Below are positions 39,960-52,474 of a stretch of DNA of 64,000 nucleotides, piece after piece; within the stretch, counting starts at the first letter, position 1; each line of letters opens with the position of its first letter. Location: NCBI RefSeq assembly GCF_001194135.2, contig NC_069006.1:9437896-9501895 (forward strand). The letters run 5' to 3'. The position numbers were made by a program, and so were the translations under genes. The notes below the pieces were generated by a model. The model saw only the letters and a list, made by a program, of their open reading frames with translations. It ran no database searches and was not told the DNA's origin. This stretch comes from Octopus bimaculoides. Lineage: Eukaryota.

Positions 39960-40300
39960 TATTTTGTTAGTTTCAGTCATTTGACTGCGGCCATGCTGGA
40001 GCACCACCTTAAGTCGAGCCAATCAACCCCAGGAATCACTCTTTGTAAGCCTAGTACTTATTCTATCGGCTCCTTTTGCTGAACCGCTAAGTTATGGGGG
40101 ACGTGAAGACACCAATGTTGGTTGTCAAGCAACTACACACATATACATATACGACAGGCTTCTTTCAGTTTCCATCTACCAAATCCACTCACAAGGCTTT
40201 GGTCAACCCGAGGCTATCGTAGAAGACATTTGCTCAAGGTGCCACACAGTGGGACTGAACCTAAAACCATATGGTTCGTAATCAAGCTACTTACTACACA
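39960..40300 (-). mobile_element. SINE family A
   Basis: Full tail-to-head match on the minus strand. Confidence 0.85.
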
Positions 40301-42822
40301 GCCACTCCTGCACACATATATACGTATATATGTATACACATGTATATACATATGTATATATGTATATACATATATACAACCATCCAGACATCTGAGTACC
40401 TGATTATTATTTTTTCTAATACATATATACATATATATATATACATATATATATATGTATATATTTGTATATACATATATTATGTATTTATTTTATTTAT
40501 TTATTTATATGTTTCAGCCAAGTGGCTGCGGTCATGCTGGTGCACATGTATTTCTGTTGATTTTGGGATTTATAGCCCCCCTTTTTCCTTTGTAATCCCT
40601 AACACGTGAAGCCTTGTTAGGGACAGCAATTTTGGGGGTGGGAGTAAGTCGACTACATCCACCCCAGTACGTAACTGGTACTTATTTTATTGACCCTGAA
40701 AGGGTGATGAAAAGCAAAGTCGACCTCGGTGGAATTTGAACTCAGAACATAAAGATGAACAAAATGTCGCTGAGTATTTTGTCTGGTGTTCCGACAATTC
40801 TGCCAGCTTGCTGCAACCTCTAGACTAAACTGAGTGCAGTAGGAGTGAGGGTCGGAGGGAAGAACAAGAAGGGAAGGCAGTCCCAGCAAACTAACTTTTG
40901 AGTCCCTAACACACAAAGTCTTCTTAAGGAGTGAAAATCATATTTTAAAAAAAATGAATTCAGTTTTGCAGCAGCTAATCAAGTGTGTTCACATAGGTGT
41001 TAAAATGCCTAGTCCCCCTCTCCCCCACTTTTCCAAACTGGCCTATGGGAAGTCATGGGAATCTGAACACAATGGTTCAAACCTCAGCAGGAGCCCTGAT
41101 GTACAGTAATTGCTACCATTGCCTGTTTAGGATATTTTTAATGGAAAGAACTTCCATGAGATGTACCAGGATATGCCTGCTGGCATTTCTGCTTGGTTTT
41201 TTAATATAAAATCATGATTATACTTAGGTATTACTCTGTGTGTGTGTATGTGTGTGAGAGAGAGAAAGGTGCTTAAGATAGGGAGGTGAATGAACAGATA
41301 GATAAAAAGGTGTGTGCATATATATGTGTGTGTGTGTGTATACACACACATATATATATCTAGCTGTCCATCCATTCATCTCTTTTGAACAGCACCATTT
41401 ACATTGGTTTTCTTAATACTAATGTTTCAAAGAATATATTGAAGAGAAAAACAAAAACTGTGTGTGTTCCAGTGTTAAGATAGGTACACTCCGTCTCTGC
41501 ATGATGTAAAAGGCAACTAAAAGGATTAGCAACAGGAGGGGCCTCCTGCTGTATAATTGTTGTTGGCATCTTTTTGTCTCGGGAGACAATGGAGTTGTGC
41601 ATAAACTAATCCAGTCTGGGTTTTTACATTTCATGTCCTCTCCAGTTTTGCACAGGCCTGGGCTAGATGTAAGAAAATCCTGGGTAGCCCAGCCGTCAGG
41701 ATTCCTCTCTCGACCTTGCTGACGTAGTCCAAAGGAGTGCAGAGCATTATGTTTGGCACCAGTTTGGTTGCAGGAGCTGCCGGAAGAGTGTCGAGTCGAA
41801 CACTAAACCACCTACGGGGCTCCACTCTGGATTTCTTTGAAGGCTGTCTCCTTTCCATAACCCTGGATAGGGGCCCATACCTGGAACTGTCAGACGGAGC
41901 CAGCTGTGCCCAGGACTCATGTCAGGCAGTGTCATCACTCCCTGAAGTAGTGAAGAAAATCGCTAAACACAGACACACAAACACACACATATACAATATA
42001 CATGACGGGCTTCTTTCAGTCTCCGTCTACCAAATCCACTCACAAGGCTTTGGTCGGCCCGAGGCTATAGTAGAAGACACTTGCCCAAGGTGCTAGGCAG
42101 TGGGAATGAACCACGAACCATGTGGTTGGTAAGCAAGCTACTTACCACACAGCCAATCTTTTGTTTTGCTTCAGTCATTGGCCTGTGGCTATGCAGGGAG
42201 CGCCACTTTAAAGGATTTTAGTCAAATAAATTGACCTCGTTTCTTAAAATTCTTAAGTCTCGTTGTACTTATTCTATTGGTCTCTTTTGCTAAACTGCTA
42301 AATTATGGGGACATAAACATAGCAACTGTGGGTGTCAAACATTGGTAGGTGGGAACAAACACAAGCAAATGCTTGNNNNNNNNNNNNNNNNNNNNNNNNN
42401 NNNNNNNNNNNNNNNNNNNNNNNNNNNNNNNNNNNNNNNNNNNNNNNNNNNNNNNNNNNNNNNNNNNNNNNNNNNNNNNNNNNNNNNNNNNNNNNNNNNN
42501 NNNNNNNNNNNNNNNNNNNNNNNNNNNNNNNNNNNNNNNNNNNNNNNNNNNNNNNNNNNNNNNNNNNNNNNNNNNNNNNNNNNNNNNNNNNNNNNNNNNN
42601 NNNNNNNNNNNNNNNNNNNNNNNNNNNNNNNNNNNNNNNNNNNNNNNNNNNNNNNNNNNNNNNNNNNNNNNNNNNNNNNNNNNNNNNNNNNNNNNNNNNN
42701 NNNNNNNAATCTTGTTCTGTGACACATTATACCAGTATCCAAAGTTTCAAAGTGTATAGTTAAAAACAAACTAATTAAAAACAATTAATTTAAAAAAAAA
42801 CTAATTAAAAAATTATAGGTGC

Positions 42823-43768
42823 ACTAGTGGCTGTGTGATAAGTAGTTTGCTTACGAACCACATGGTCATGGGTTCAGTCGCCCTGTGTGGCACCTTGTGC
42901 AAGTGTCTTCTACTATAGCCTCAAGCCAACCAAAGCCTTGTGACTGGATTTGGTAGACGGAAACTGGAAGAAGCCTGTTGTATATGTGTGTGTGTGTGTG
43001 TGTGTTTGTGTTTGTCCCCACCACCCCAACATCGCTTGACAACCGATGCTGGTGTGTTTATGTTCCCGTAATTTAGCGGTTCGGCAAAAGAGACCGATAG
43101 AATAAGTACTAGGCTTACAAAGAATAAGGTCTGGGGTCGGTTTGCTCGACTAAAGGCGGTGCTCCAGCATGGCCGCAGTCAAATGACTGAAACAAGTAAA
43201 AGAATAAAAGAATATATATAGATAGATAGACACACACATATATATATAATGTTAAGAGTAAACCCTGTTCTATGTGACACATTCTATCAGTATCCAAAGT
43301 TTCAAAGTGTTTAGTTAAAAAATCACTAATTAAAAAATCTGTGCATGAGATGGAATAAACCATATATATATACATATATATATATAGGTGCAGACGTGAC
43401 TGTGTGGTAAGAAGCATGCTTCCCAGCCACATGGTTCTGGGTCCAGTCCCTCTGCATGGCATTTTGGGTGTCTTCCACTATAGCGTTGGGTCAACCATAG
43501 CCTTATGAGGAGATTTGGTAGAAGGAAACTGAAAAGAAGCCCGTCATAGCCACACATAAACATACATGTAGGTGTTTGTCCTCACCCCACCCCCACCATT
43601 GCTGAACAACCGATGTTGGTGTGCTTATGTCCCCATAAGCTAGTGGTTTAACTAAAGAGACCGATTGAAGTACCAGGCTTACAAAGAATATGTCCTGGGG
43701 TTGATTTCTTCAACTAAAAGGTGGCGCTCCAGCATGGCCGCAGTCAAATGACTGAAACAAGTAAAAGA
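42823..43768 (+). mobile_element. two consecutive family A SINEs (42823-43210, 43392-43768)
   Basis: Two heads and two complete tails. Confidence 0.85.
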
Positions 43769-43807
<39 letters not shown>

Positions 43808-44289
43808 CTTTCCCAGTTTCCATCTCCCAGATTCACTCTGAAGGCTTTCCCAAAACTGAACCTGAAACAATGTGGTTGTGAAGCAAACTTCTCAACTACA
43901 CAGCCACATCTGCACCTAGACATGTTAAATATCTTCACCAACCAGGCAAGGTATCATCTCTTCTCCTGGCACATGATCCCCATCACACAGACACACACTT
44001 CCAACATTAGATTCATTTAGCCATCTTCACCACCACCACCACTGCTGCTCCCACCAGAGTTAATACATTCCAGATTCTGTCTTCACAGATGTCTCTTAAA
44101 ACTGATTAGTTTATTTATGGGGGAAAGGTTCATTCAATGTGGTGGTTGTGAAGGGGAGAAGACAAAAGACCTGGAGGGGTGGTGTGAGAGAGAGAGAGAA
44201 GAAATGAAGGAGGGGAGACAGAACACCCACTCACAAACTATTCATATAAGAGAGAGATGAGAATGGAATTCTGCACACCCACTTCTTGC

Positions 44290-44484
44290 CTACCCTCCAG
44301 TGTTTAAATAAATAAAATCCCATTGCTATAGTTTTAAGTCAGCAACAGACATTCCATTCACATGAAGATTCGTCCTGATTCTTGATTCAATAGATCCACC
44401 ATTTCTCATTGAGGCACATCAAACCACTCACAGACACACAACCAAATAGGAATACAGTTTCATTCATAAGACCATTCTTAAAGA

Positions 44485-44518
<34 letters not shown>

Positions 44519-44829
44519 ATGCACAAATATGTATCCATGCTTGCCACCCCTTTTTTTTTATACTGTTCCCACATTTTTCCAGTGGCCAATAAAAATACCT
44601 CCCTTTATATTCAGAGATCTTCGGTACCAACATTGCATTTCATCCTTCTGGTTGGTTGGGTGTGGGGGGAGTGATAGAAAAATGTACCATGCATGCCAGT
44701 ACTAAGGCCTGTGATTCAATCATTCATTAATTGCTGTCATTTACTATTAACAGTTATAGGAAAGAAGCAGTTGTGTCTTAGAAGAGATAGTATAACCCAC
44801 ACACTATATATATTACACACACACACATG

Positions 44830-44865
<36 letters not shown>

Positions 44866-45140
44866 ACGCAAATCTTACAAAGGCACTGCATCAGCATGCA
44901 TGCCCTTGTTTCATTCATGGAAGTGACCATGATTAGACACAGCCCTGATAAGGTTAGTAGAATGAACACACACACACACACACATATTTTATAAATGTAG
45001 TATGGAATTCCCCACCCTGTGCTTAAGTAAATAAAACCCCATAGCTATGGGGGTTTTAAATCAGCAACAGACATTCCATTCACATGAAGTTTCCTCCTGA
45101 TTCTTGCTTCAATGGATGGACCATTTCTCATTGAGAAACT
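44290..45140. repeat. ~135-bp direct repeat pair, 722 bp apart
   Basis: Identical core cagcaacagacattccattcacatgaag (agcaac starts at 44341 and 45063) with conserved flanks through ccatttctcattgag. Confidence 0.85.
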
Positions 45141-46139
45141 TCCAACCACACACACACTGCTGCATTATGGGAAATGCAAAGAAAATACACATTTTCACTT
45201 GTTTGTCCTTTGACCACGGCCATGCTGTAGCACTGCCGTGGAGGGTTTAGTCAGATCGACCCCAGAACAATTTTTTTAAGCCTAGTAATTATTCTATCGG
45301 TCTATTTTGCTGTACTGCTAAGTTACAGGGATGTAAACACACCAACACAAGTTGTCGAGCAGTGATGAGGAAACAAACACAGATACACACACACACGACA
45401 GGATTCTTTTCAGTTTCCATGAACCAAATCCACTTAAAGCTTTGGTTGGCCTCAGATTATAGCAGAAGACACTTGCCCAAGGTGCCACACAAAAATATAT
45501 ACATATATGATGGGCTTCTTTTAGCTTCCATCTACCAAACCCACTCACAAGGCTTTGGTTGGCCTGAGGCTAGAGTAGAAGACACTTGCCCAAGTGCCAC
45601 GCAATGGGACTGAGCCCGGATACATGTGGTTGTGAAGCAAGCTTCTTTATTTCATAAATATTTGCCATAAAGGCATTACAAAGAGGGGACGAACAAGGAC
45701 AGACAAACATAAAAGAGGTGAAGTAGCTGTATCGATTAAATATTTACAATTTTAAATATATAATAAAAATTATTTACAATGTTTGACTGAAGTATTGCTC
45801 ATTACAGATGCAATTTGTAATGGCTTTCCTGAAGGATAGGCATTGGACCACCAGGGTAGACCCCTTGCTTTTTCTTTCCCTTGTTTTTGGCTCCAACTTA
45901 CCTGGTGCCAAACACTCCCAGCTTCCTAGCCACAGGCTTCCATCTTCTCATGAATCTGTCTCGTGACAGATACCTCTTCTCCAGCCTGATCTTACTACCG
46001 AGGTGGTAACAAAAAAAAGTCAACTAACCCCTGGCCAGATACAAAGGTATCCGTCACTATGCCTCTTACACGCGTCTTCCATACTGTTTCTTTCAGTATG
46101 GCTACTACGCAGGTACCACACAGCTACTTCCGCGCCTGT

Positions 46140-46475
46140 TTTTTGTTCAGGCCATGCTGGAGCACCGCCTTCAGTTGAACAAATCGACCCCAGGACTTAT
46201 TCTTTGTAAACCTAGTACTTATTCTATTGGTGTCTTTTGCCAAACCGGTAAGTTACGGAGACATAAACACAACAACATCGGTTGTCAAGCGAAAGTGGGG
46301 GAACAAACACAGACATACAAACATATACATACATACACACGCATACACGACGAGCTTCTTTCAAGTTTCCGTCAACCAAATCCACACACAAGGCTTCGGT
46401 CAGCCCGAGGTTATATGCCCAAGGTGCCATGCAGTGGGACTGAACTCAGAACCATGTGGTTGGTAAGTAAGCTAC
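46140..46475 (-). mobile_element. SINE family A
   Basis: Tail ggccatgctggagcaccgcc to head gtaagtaagctac. Confidence 0.8.
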
Positions 46476-47774
46476 ATACCACACATACACAGATTCTCTG
46501 AAAAATACTGTAAATGGCTTTCTTGGGGGTTCGAATATGCCTGAAGCATACACTACCTCATTAGGACTAATAAAAATACAAACACTAAGAAATGTCATTT
46601 ACAACTCTGCAACCCTTGTGGCAAATAACAGTTTGTTTACTTATTGTTTTCTTTAAAAAGCCATCCTCACATATTAGAAAGAGTGACAGGCTGTCACCGC
46701 CACTACCACCAACGCCACCACCATCGTCAATACCATCTCCCTGCTTTTTTGACCCCAAGGTCGCTGATGTGTATGAAAATGGTGAGGTGGAGGGATGAGG
46801 GTGATCCACATGCCACCAATAAGTAATCAATGACTCATACTAACTCCCAAGGAAAGACGGGGGAGAGAGAGAAAGAGAGAGGAGAGAGGAAGGTCCCCCT
46901 TCCTGAAGATGACAGTGAAAGTTTCAATAAAGAGCTTGTCGGCAACGCAAGGCGGCGAGTGTCCCTGTCGTTGGTTGTATGTAGTGTCTGTCTTTCTCCT
47001 CTTCCTGCTCCATTATTATTGTCAGCAATAGTAGTAGTAGTAGTAGTAGCAATAATAATAACGATAAAGCTGGGTGCAGTCCATTCACGCTTAACAGGAA
47101 GACATGGGAGCCTGAGCAGCAAAAGAAAATTGGCGGGAGTAGGACGGGTCGGCGGAAGAGGAGACATTTTTGAGGAGGCTTTTGTGCGTTTGTTTTGGTT
47201 GTTTTATTTTCTGTGCTGGATTTTTACTCTGAGTAAATGGGGGATACAGTGTGTATGTGTGTGTGTGGCATTAATTGGATATACAGACTGGTTCACACCT
47301 TGAATCATGGCAAGAGAACTTCGACAGTGGAGAGGGAGGAGAAGAAAGAAGCAAAGAGAATGGGTGTAAGGAAGAGTGTGAATGATAAAGAGAGTGAGGG
47401 TTTACGCGAGAGAGAGGGAGGGAGGAAGTTGTGTGTGTGTGTGTGAGATGAATGGGAGTAGAGTTAGAGTATATGTAAGAGAAAGACAGGGAGATGGAAG
47501 TGTGTATGAAAGGAAGTATGTGTGAGAAAGAAAGAGTAAGAATGTGGTGAATGTGAGGGAGAGAGTGTAACAAAGAAAGGGAAAGTGTGAGAATTTTTGA
47601 GTGTAAGAGTAAAGAGAATGTGTGTGAAAGAAAAGGTATGAAAGAAGTGTGTTTGAGGGAGGGAGTGAGATATGCGAAGGAGATGCAAAAAAAAAAAAAT
47701 TAAGCAAACATTGTTTTTTAATTACCCTATAATCGATTCTGTGGATCGGCAGGTAAGACCAGATAGGCTCGGTT

Positions 47775-48115
47775 ATGGCCGTGCGGTTAAGAAGCTTGCT
47801 TTGCAACACATGTGGTTTCAGGATCAGCCCCACTGTAGCACCTTCGCCAACTACCAACTATTTATGGATGAGGGGGGTTAAACTATGCTTTTTTTTTTTT
47901 AGTGGATTTGGTTGACTGAAAACCAGTCATGGAAATTTCAGTGTGTGTGTGTGTTTGTGTGTGTCACTGAATACTGCTTGACAACTGGCGTTGCTTCGTT
48001 TACGCCCCCATAACTTAGAGGTCCGACAAAAGAAATCGATAGAACAAGTACCAGGTTTAATATTTGTTTGACTAAACCCTTCAGAGCACTGCTCCAACAT
48101 GGCCAGTCCAATGAA
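47775..48115 (+). mobile_element. SINE family A
   Basis: tggccgtgcggttaagaagcttg head to ccaacatggccagtcc tail. Confidence 0.75.
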
Positions 48116-48959
48116 AAAAAAAAACAAAAAAAAAAAGTTTTTAAGTTTGGGTTATAGGGATCAAGGGATCGTTTCTGAACAGCAATTGGGGGGTTTGTAC
48201 ATCAATGCCTCATATTTCAAGATTTCAGGGATGATTTTAATGTCTTTTTTCTTTTTCCAGGAAAATTTTAAATCGTGTGACACCCAAGATATCAGGACAC
48301 TTGGGTTTAAGAAAGCTTAAGAACTCTGACCGTCTTCGAAGACAATAAGCATACACACTGGCTGGCCGAAAGACTGAACACTTTCATCCACCGACGTGTA
48401 GGGAGTGATACAGTTCACAGTGGTCAACATCATTTAACACCCTTTCTATGCTTACATGGGTCAGACGGAATTCGTTGTGGCAGATTTCTACAAGCGGATG
48501 CCCTCCTTGTCACCAGCCCTCATTTGTTCCAAACAAGGTAATATTTACCCATGGCTAAACATGTTCTTTCACAGAAGACTGGAAACGAACAACATTACTT
48601 GGATGATGATGATACTTATGACACATGAGCTTGTTCAGCTGGTCACCACGCTCAACAAAAAAAAAAAAAAGCAACGGTCAACCCTCTACAGCCATTATGT
48701 CTCCTTCATTGTCACTACAAATGTTCCCACTTCTCATTTCAACAAACTGCAATACCAACAAAGTAACTCACTCAATGAATCCATTTCTTTTGTCAAGATG
48801 ATTATATCTCACTCACCAAGACTAACTTCTTTTTTTTTTTTTTTCCAGTCATTAGCCATTTCGATACCAACCCAGCTGAAACCACCTCTGGTTCTGTGGT
48901 ACAAATATCTTGTTTTCAAAAGTTCTGAATTAAAATCTTCTGCCAAGCCTTAGTTATCA

Positions 48960-49188
48960 TTAACCTTTTAGCATTTAAACCGGCCATATCCGGCCAAAAG
49001 TATTCTGCCTCTTTTATGTTCAAACTGGCCAGATCTGGTCTCTCACACCAACCCTACAATATTGTTTTAAAAATTAACAGCTACCTCATCGAAATCTCAT
49101 AGCTACAAGATAATGCATGGTTAGTTCAAAACAATGTGGATGAAAAAGCATTAATTTTGGCAGAATAATGCGAACACTAAAGGGTTAA
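48960..49188 (+). mobile_element. family F MITE inserted into a family E MITE (48850-49308)
   Basis: gttatcaTTAA[...]TTAAgctagtg; uninterrupted E copies read gttatcattaagctagtg, so this is a clean TTAA duplication. Confidence 0.9.
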
Positions 49189-50878
49189 GCTAGTGTTAGG
49201 AAAATAAATTGTGACTTAAGTTATTTTACTAAATTCTTTTGATATATTTTAAATTGATTGAAAGATACACAGAGCATCTCAACAGAAATATGAAAACAAA
49301 AGGGTTAAAGTGCAGCCATGCTGGGACATCACCTTGCAGGAATTTTTTTTCCCTCAAATTAAAAAACCTGGTACTTATTCTATAGGTCTTTTTTGCCAAA
49401 CTGCAAGGTTACAGAGACAAAGACACACACATATATACGATGGGCTTCTTTCAGTTTCCATCTACCAAATCCACTCACAAGGCTATGGTCGGCCCAAGAC
49501 TATAGTAAAAGACACTTGTCCAAGGTGATACTTAGTAGGACTGAACCCAGAACCATGTGGTTGGGAAGCAAGCTTCTTACCACACAGCCACAGCCTAACA
49601 TCATCCTCCTGATTTAATATCTGTCTTCAAAGGAATCGGTTGAACAATTTGTTAGGATCCGATGAACCAGAGGATTGCATCAAACTCCAATGTCTTTTTT
49701 TGGCTTGTTTTCTACAGCTGGATATCCTTCCTAACACCAACCACTTTCCAGAATATACTCGGTGCTTTTATTGTGGTGCCAACACTAGTCAGGTCACCAA
49801 ATAACTCAGAAAACACTCTTTTAATCTTTTACTTGTTTCAGCCATGATTGGGAACTGCCTTGGAGAATTCTAAGTCGAATAAATCAACCCCAGTACTTTT
49901 TTTTTTAAAGTTTGGTACTTACTCTATTGGGTACTTTCGCCAAACCACTGTCACAAGGATGTAATCACAACAACATATTTTGTTTGTGAAGCTCAGGTGG
50001 GGNNNNNNNNNNNNNNNNNNNNNNNNGGGGGGGGGGGGGAGATAAACACATGACAAGCTTCTTACGATTTCTGTCTACAAGATCCACTCATAAGACTTTG
50101 GTCAGCCCAGAACTTTAACAGAAGACACTTGCCCAAGGTACCACACAGTGGAGATGAACCTGGAACGAAGTGCTTGGGAAGAAAGATTTTTACCACACAG
50201 CCATGCCTGCACCTTGAAAGAGTGGGGGCACAGTATTGAAGGAGGTGGCTTTGTGCCAGGTGTTGAAAGGCATAGGAAGAGGTGCCTTACTGAACAGGAA
50301 ATACATGGCTATCCCAGCAGGAAAGGGAAAAGCATTGTATAGATGGGATATCAGGGCATACCATCAAGATGCAAAAAAGGTGGGAAAAAGAGAGAATGGA
50401 GATAGAAAACTCAAGAATGGCTGGATAGGTAGGTTGATGAATAGTGTGAAAGAAGCAACAGAGATAGGGGTGAATGCAGCGACTGTTGAACAAAGGTGGA
50501 CATGTACCAGATTTGAAAGAAATAAATGAACCATCTAACGACACTAACTCGAAAGAAATAATATAAAACTAAACATCAATGTATAAAGTTTCACAATAAT
50601 AATGATAATAATAAAAAGCACCCAATTCACACTGTAAAGTGGGTGGCATTTGGAAGGGCATCCAGCTGTAAAAACCTTGCCTGTACTTATGCCACATCAA
50701 AAGCATTAAGTCCACTTTGCTGAGTGGTTGGTGTTAGGAAGGGCATCCAGTTGTTAAAGTCCTGCCAAAACATTAACAGAAGTCTGGTGCAAGCTTCTGC
50801 CCGGCCGGCTCTTGTCAAGCTGTCCCACCCATGCCAGCATGGAAGGCGGACATTAAACGATGAATGATGACTAACGAG

Positions 50879-51885
50879 GATGATGATTTCAAATTTTGGC
50901 ACACGGCCAGCAGCTTCAGGAGAGGTGGTAAGTTGATTACATCGAACCCCAGTGTTCAACTGGTACTTAATTTATCAACCCANNNNNNNNNNAGAAAGGA
51001 TGAAAAGTAAAGTCGGCCTCAGTTGAATTTGAATTCAGAACATTAGGACAGATAAAATACCGCTAAGCATTTTCCCCAGCATGCTAATGATTCTGCCACT
51101 TGCCACCTTAAATGATAATAATCTTTTCTACTATAAGCACAAAGACTGAAATTTAGGGGCAGGGAACTAGTTGATTACATCAACCCCAGTACTCAACTGG
51201 TACTTAGTTTTATCGACCCTGAAAGGATGAAAGGCAAAGTCGACCCTCGGTGAAATTTGAACTCAGAACGTCTAAGACGGCTGAAATGACATTAAGCATT
51301 TTGCCCAGCATGCTAATGATTCTGCCAGCTCACCACCTTAATGATAATAATAATGGTTTCAAATTTTGCCACAAGAGCAGCCATTTTGGGGAGGGGGTAA
51401 GTTGATCACACTGACCCCAGTACTTGACGTATACTTAATTTATTGACCCCAAAAGGATGAAAGGCAAAATCAACCTCGGCGGAATTTAATCATAATATAA
51501 TAATAGTAATATTAATAATTCTTTCTACTACAGCTACAAAGCCCGAAATTTGGGGAACAAGGGTGAGTCAATTACATTGACCCTGAGTGCTGAGGGTTCA
51601 AAAAGATGGAAGGCAAAGTCAACCTTGGAAGAATTTGAACACAGAACGCAAAGCCAGAAGAAATGCCACAAAGAATTTTGTCCAGGGTCATATATTAATT
51701 CATTGAACTATGAGTATACAAGGCCTGAGATTGTGAGGGATGGGGCTAGTCGATTACATTGACCTCAATGTATAACTGGTACTTATTTCCTTGCAAAGGC
51801 AAAGCTGACTCAGGAAGAATTTTAAAACTCGGAATGCAATGCCACTCAGCATTTTTCTGGCATGCTAAGGATTCTGCCAACTAAA
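50879..51885 (-). mobile_element. array of five family B SINEs
   Basis: Five same-orientation bodies (gattacat.gacccc..gtac...gaaaggcaaagtc) spaced ~150-230 bp apart. Confidence 0.85.
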
Positions 51886-52474
51886 AAAATAAACAATCCA
51901 CATTCACTTTTCTATGCTGGCACAAGTTAAACAAAACTTGTTAAAGCAGATTTTTTTTCTCTGGTCTAGTGCCTTTCCTTTCACCAACCCTCACCAGTTT
52001 CCAAATAAAATTCCCATGGCCAGACATGTCTTTTTTACTTAAGGCTAGAAACGAACAACCCTGCTTGTATGACAGTGATGCTCATTAAACAACCACCACA
52101 TGATGTCAAAACAACAGTTAACTATCACACACACATTATATATGTGTGTGTATGTGTATGTATATATATATATACATACATATACAGTTATACATACACA
52201 CTCAATCTTCTTTCAAATTCCAACAACCAAATTCATTCACAAGGCATTGACAAATCCAAGGGAACAGGGAAAGATACTAGCCTATGGTGTCACATAGTGG
52301 GACTGAACCCAAAACCACATAGCTGGGAAGGAAACTTCTAAACCACATGGCCATGCTCCCATCTCTTCATATTTCCTTTTTTTTTTAAAAAAAAACACAC
52401 TGAAGATTGAACAGACACAAACAATGAAAATAGAAAATGAGTTTATGATATTGGCAATAGATGGCAGTGCTTAC

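Noticed and set aside
46830-47303. 157-aa plus-strand ORF as a nested gene
   Set aside because: The hydrophobic stretch comes from (GTA)n/(ATA)n and the ends from GA/GT repeats; no recognisable domain.
50200-50530. 97-aa ORF (and the similar stretch at 35940-36140) as a gene
   Set aside because: Vaguely like decayed RTE C-termini; too weak to annotate as either gene or LINE.
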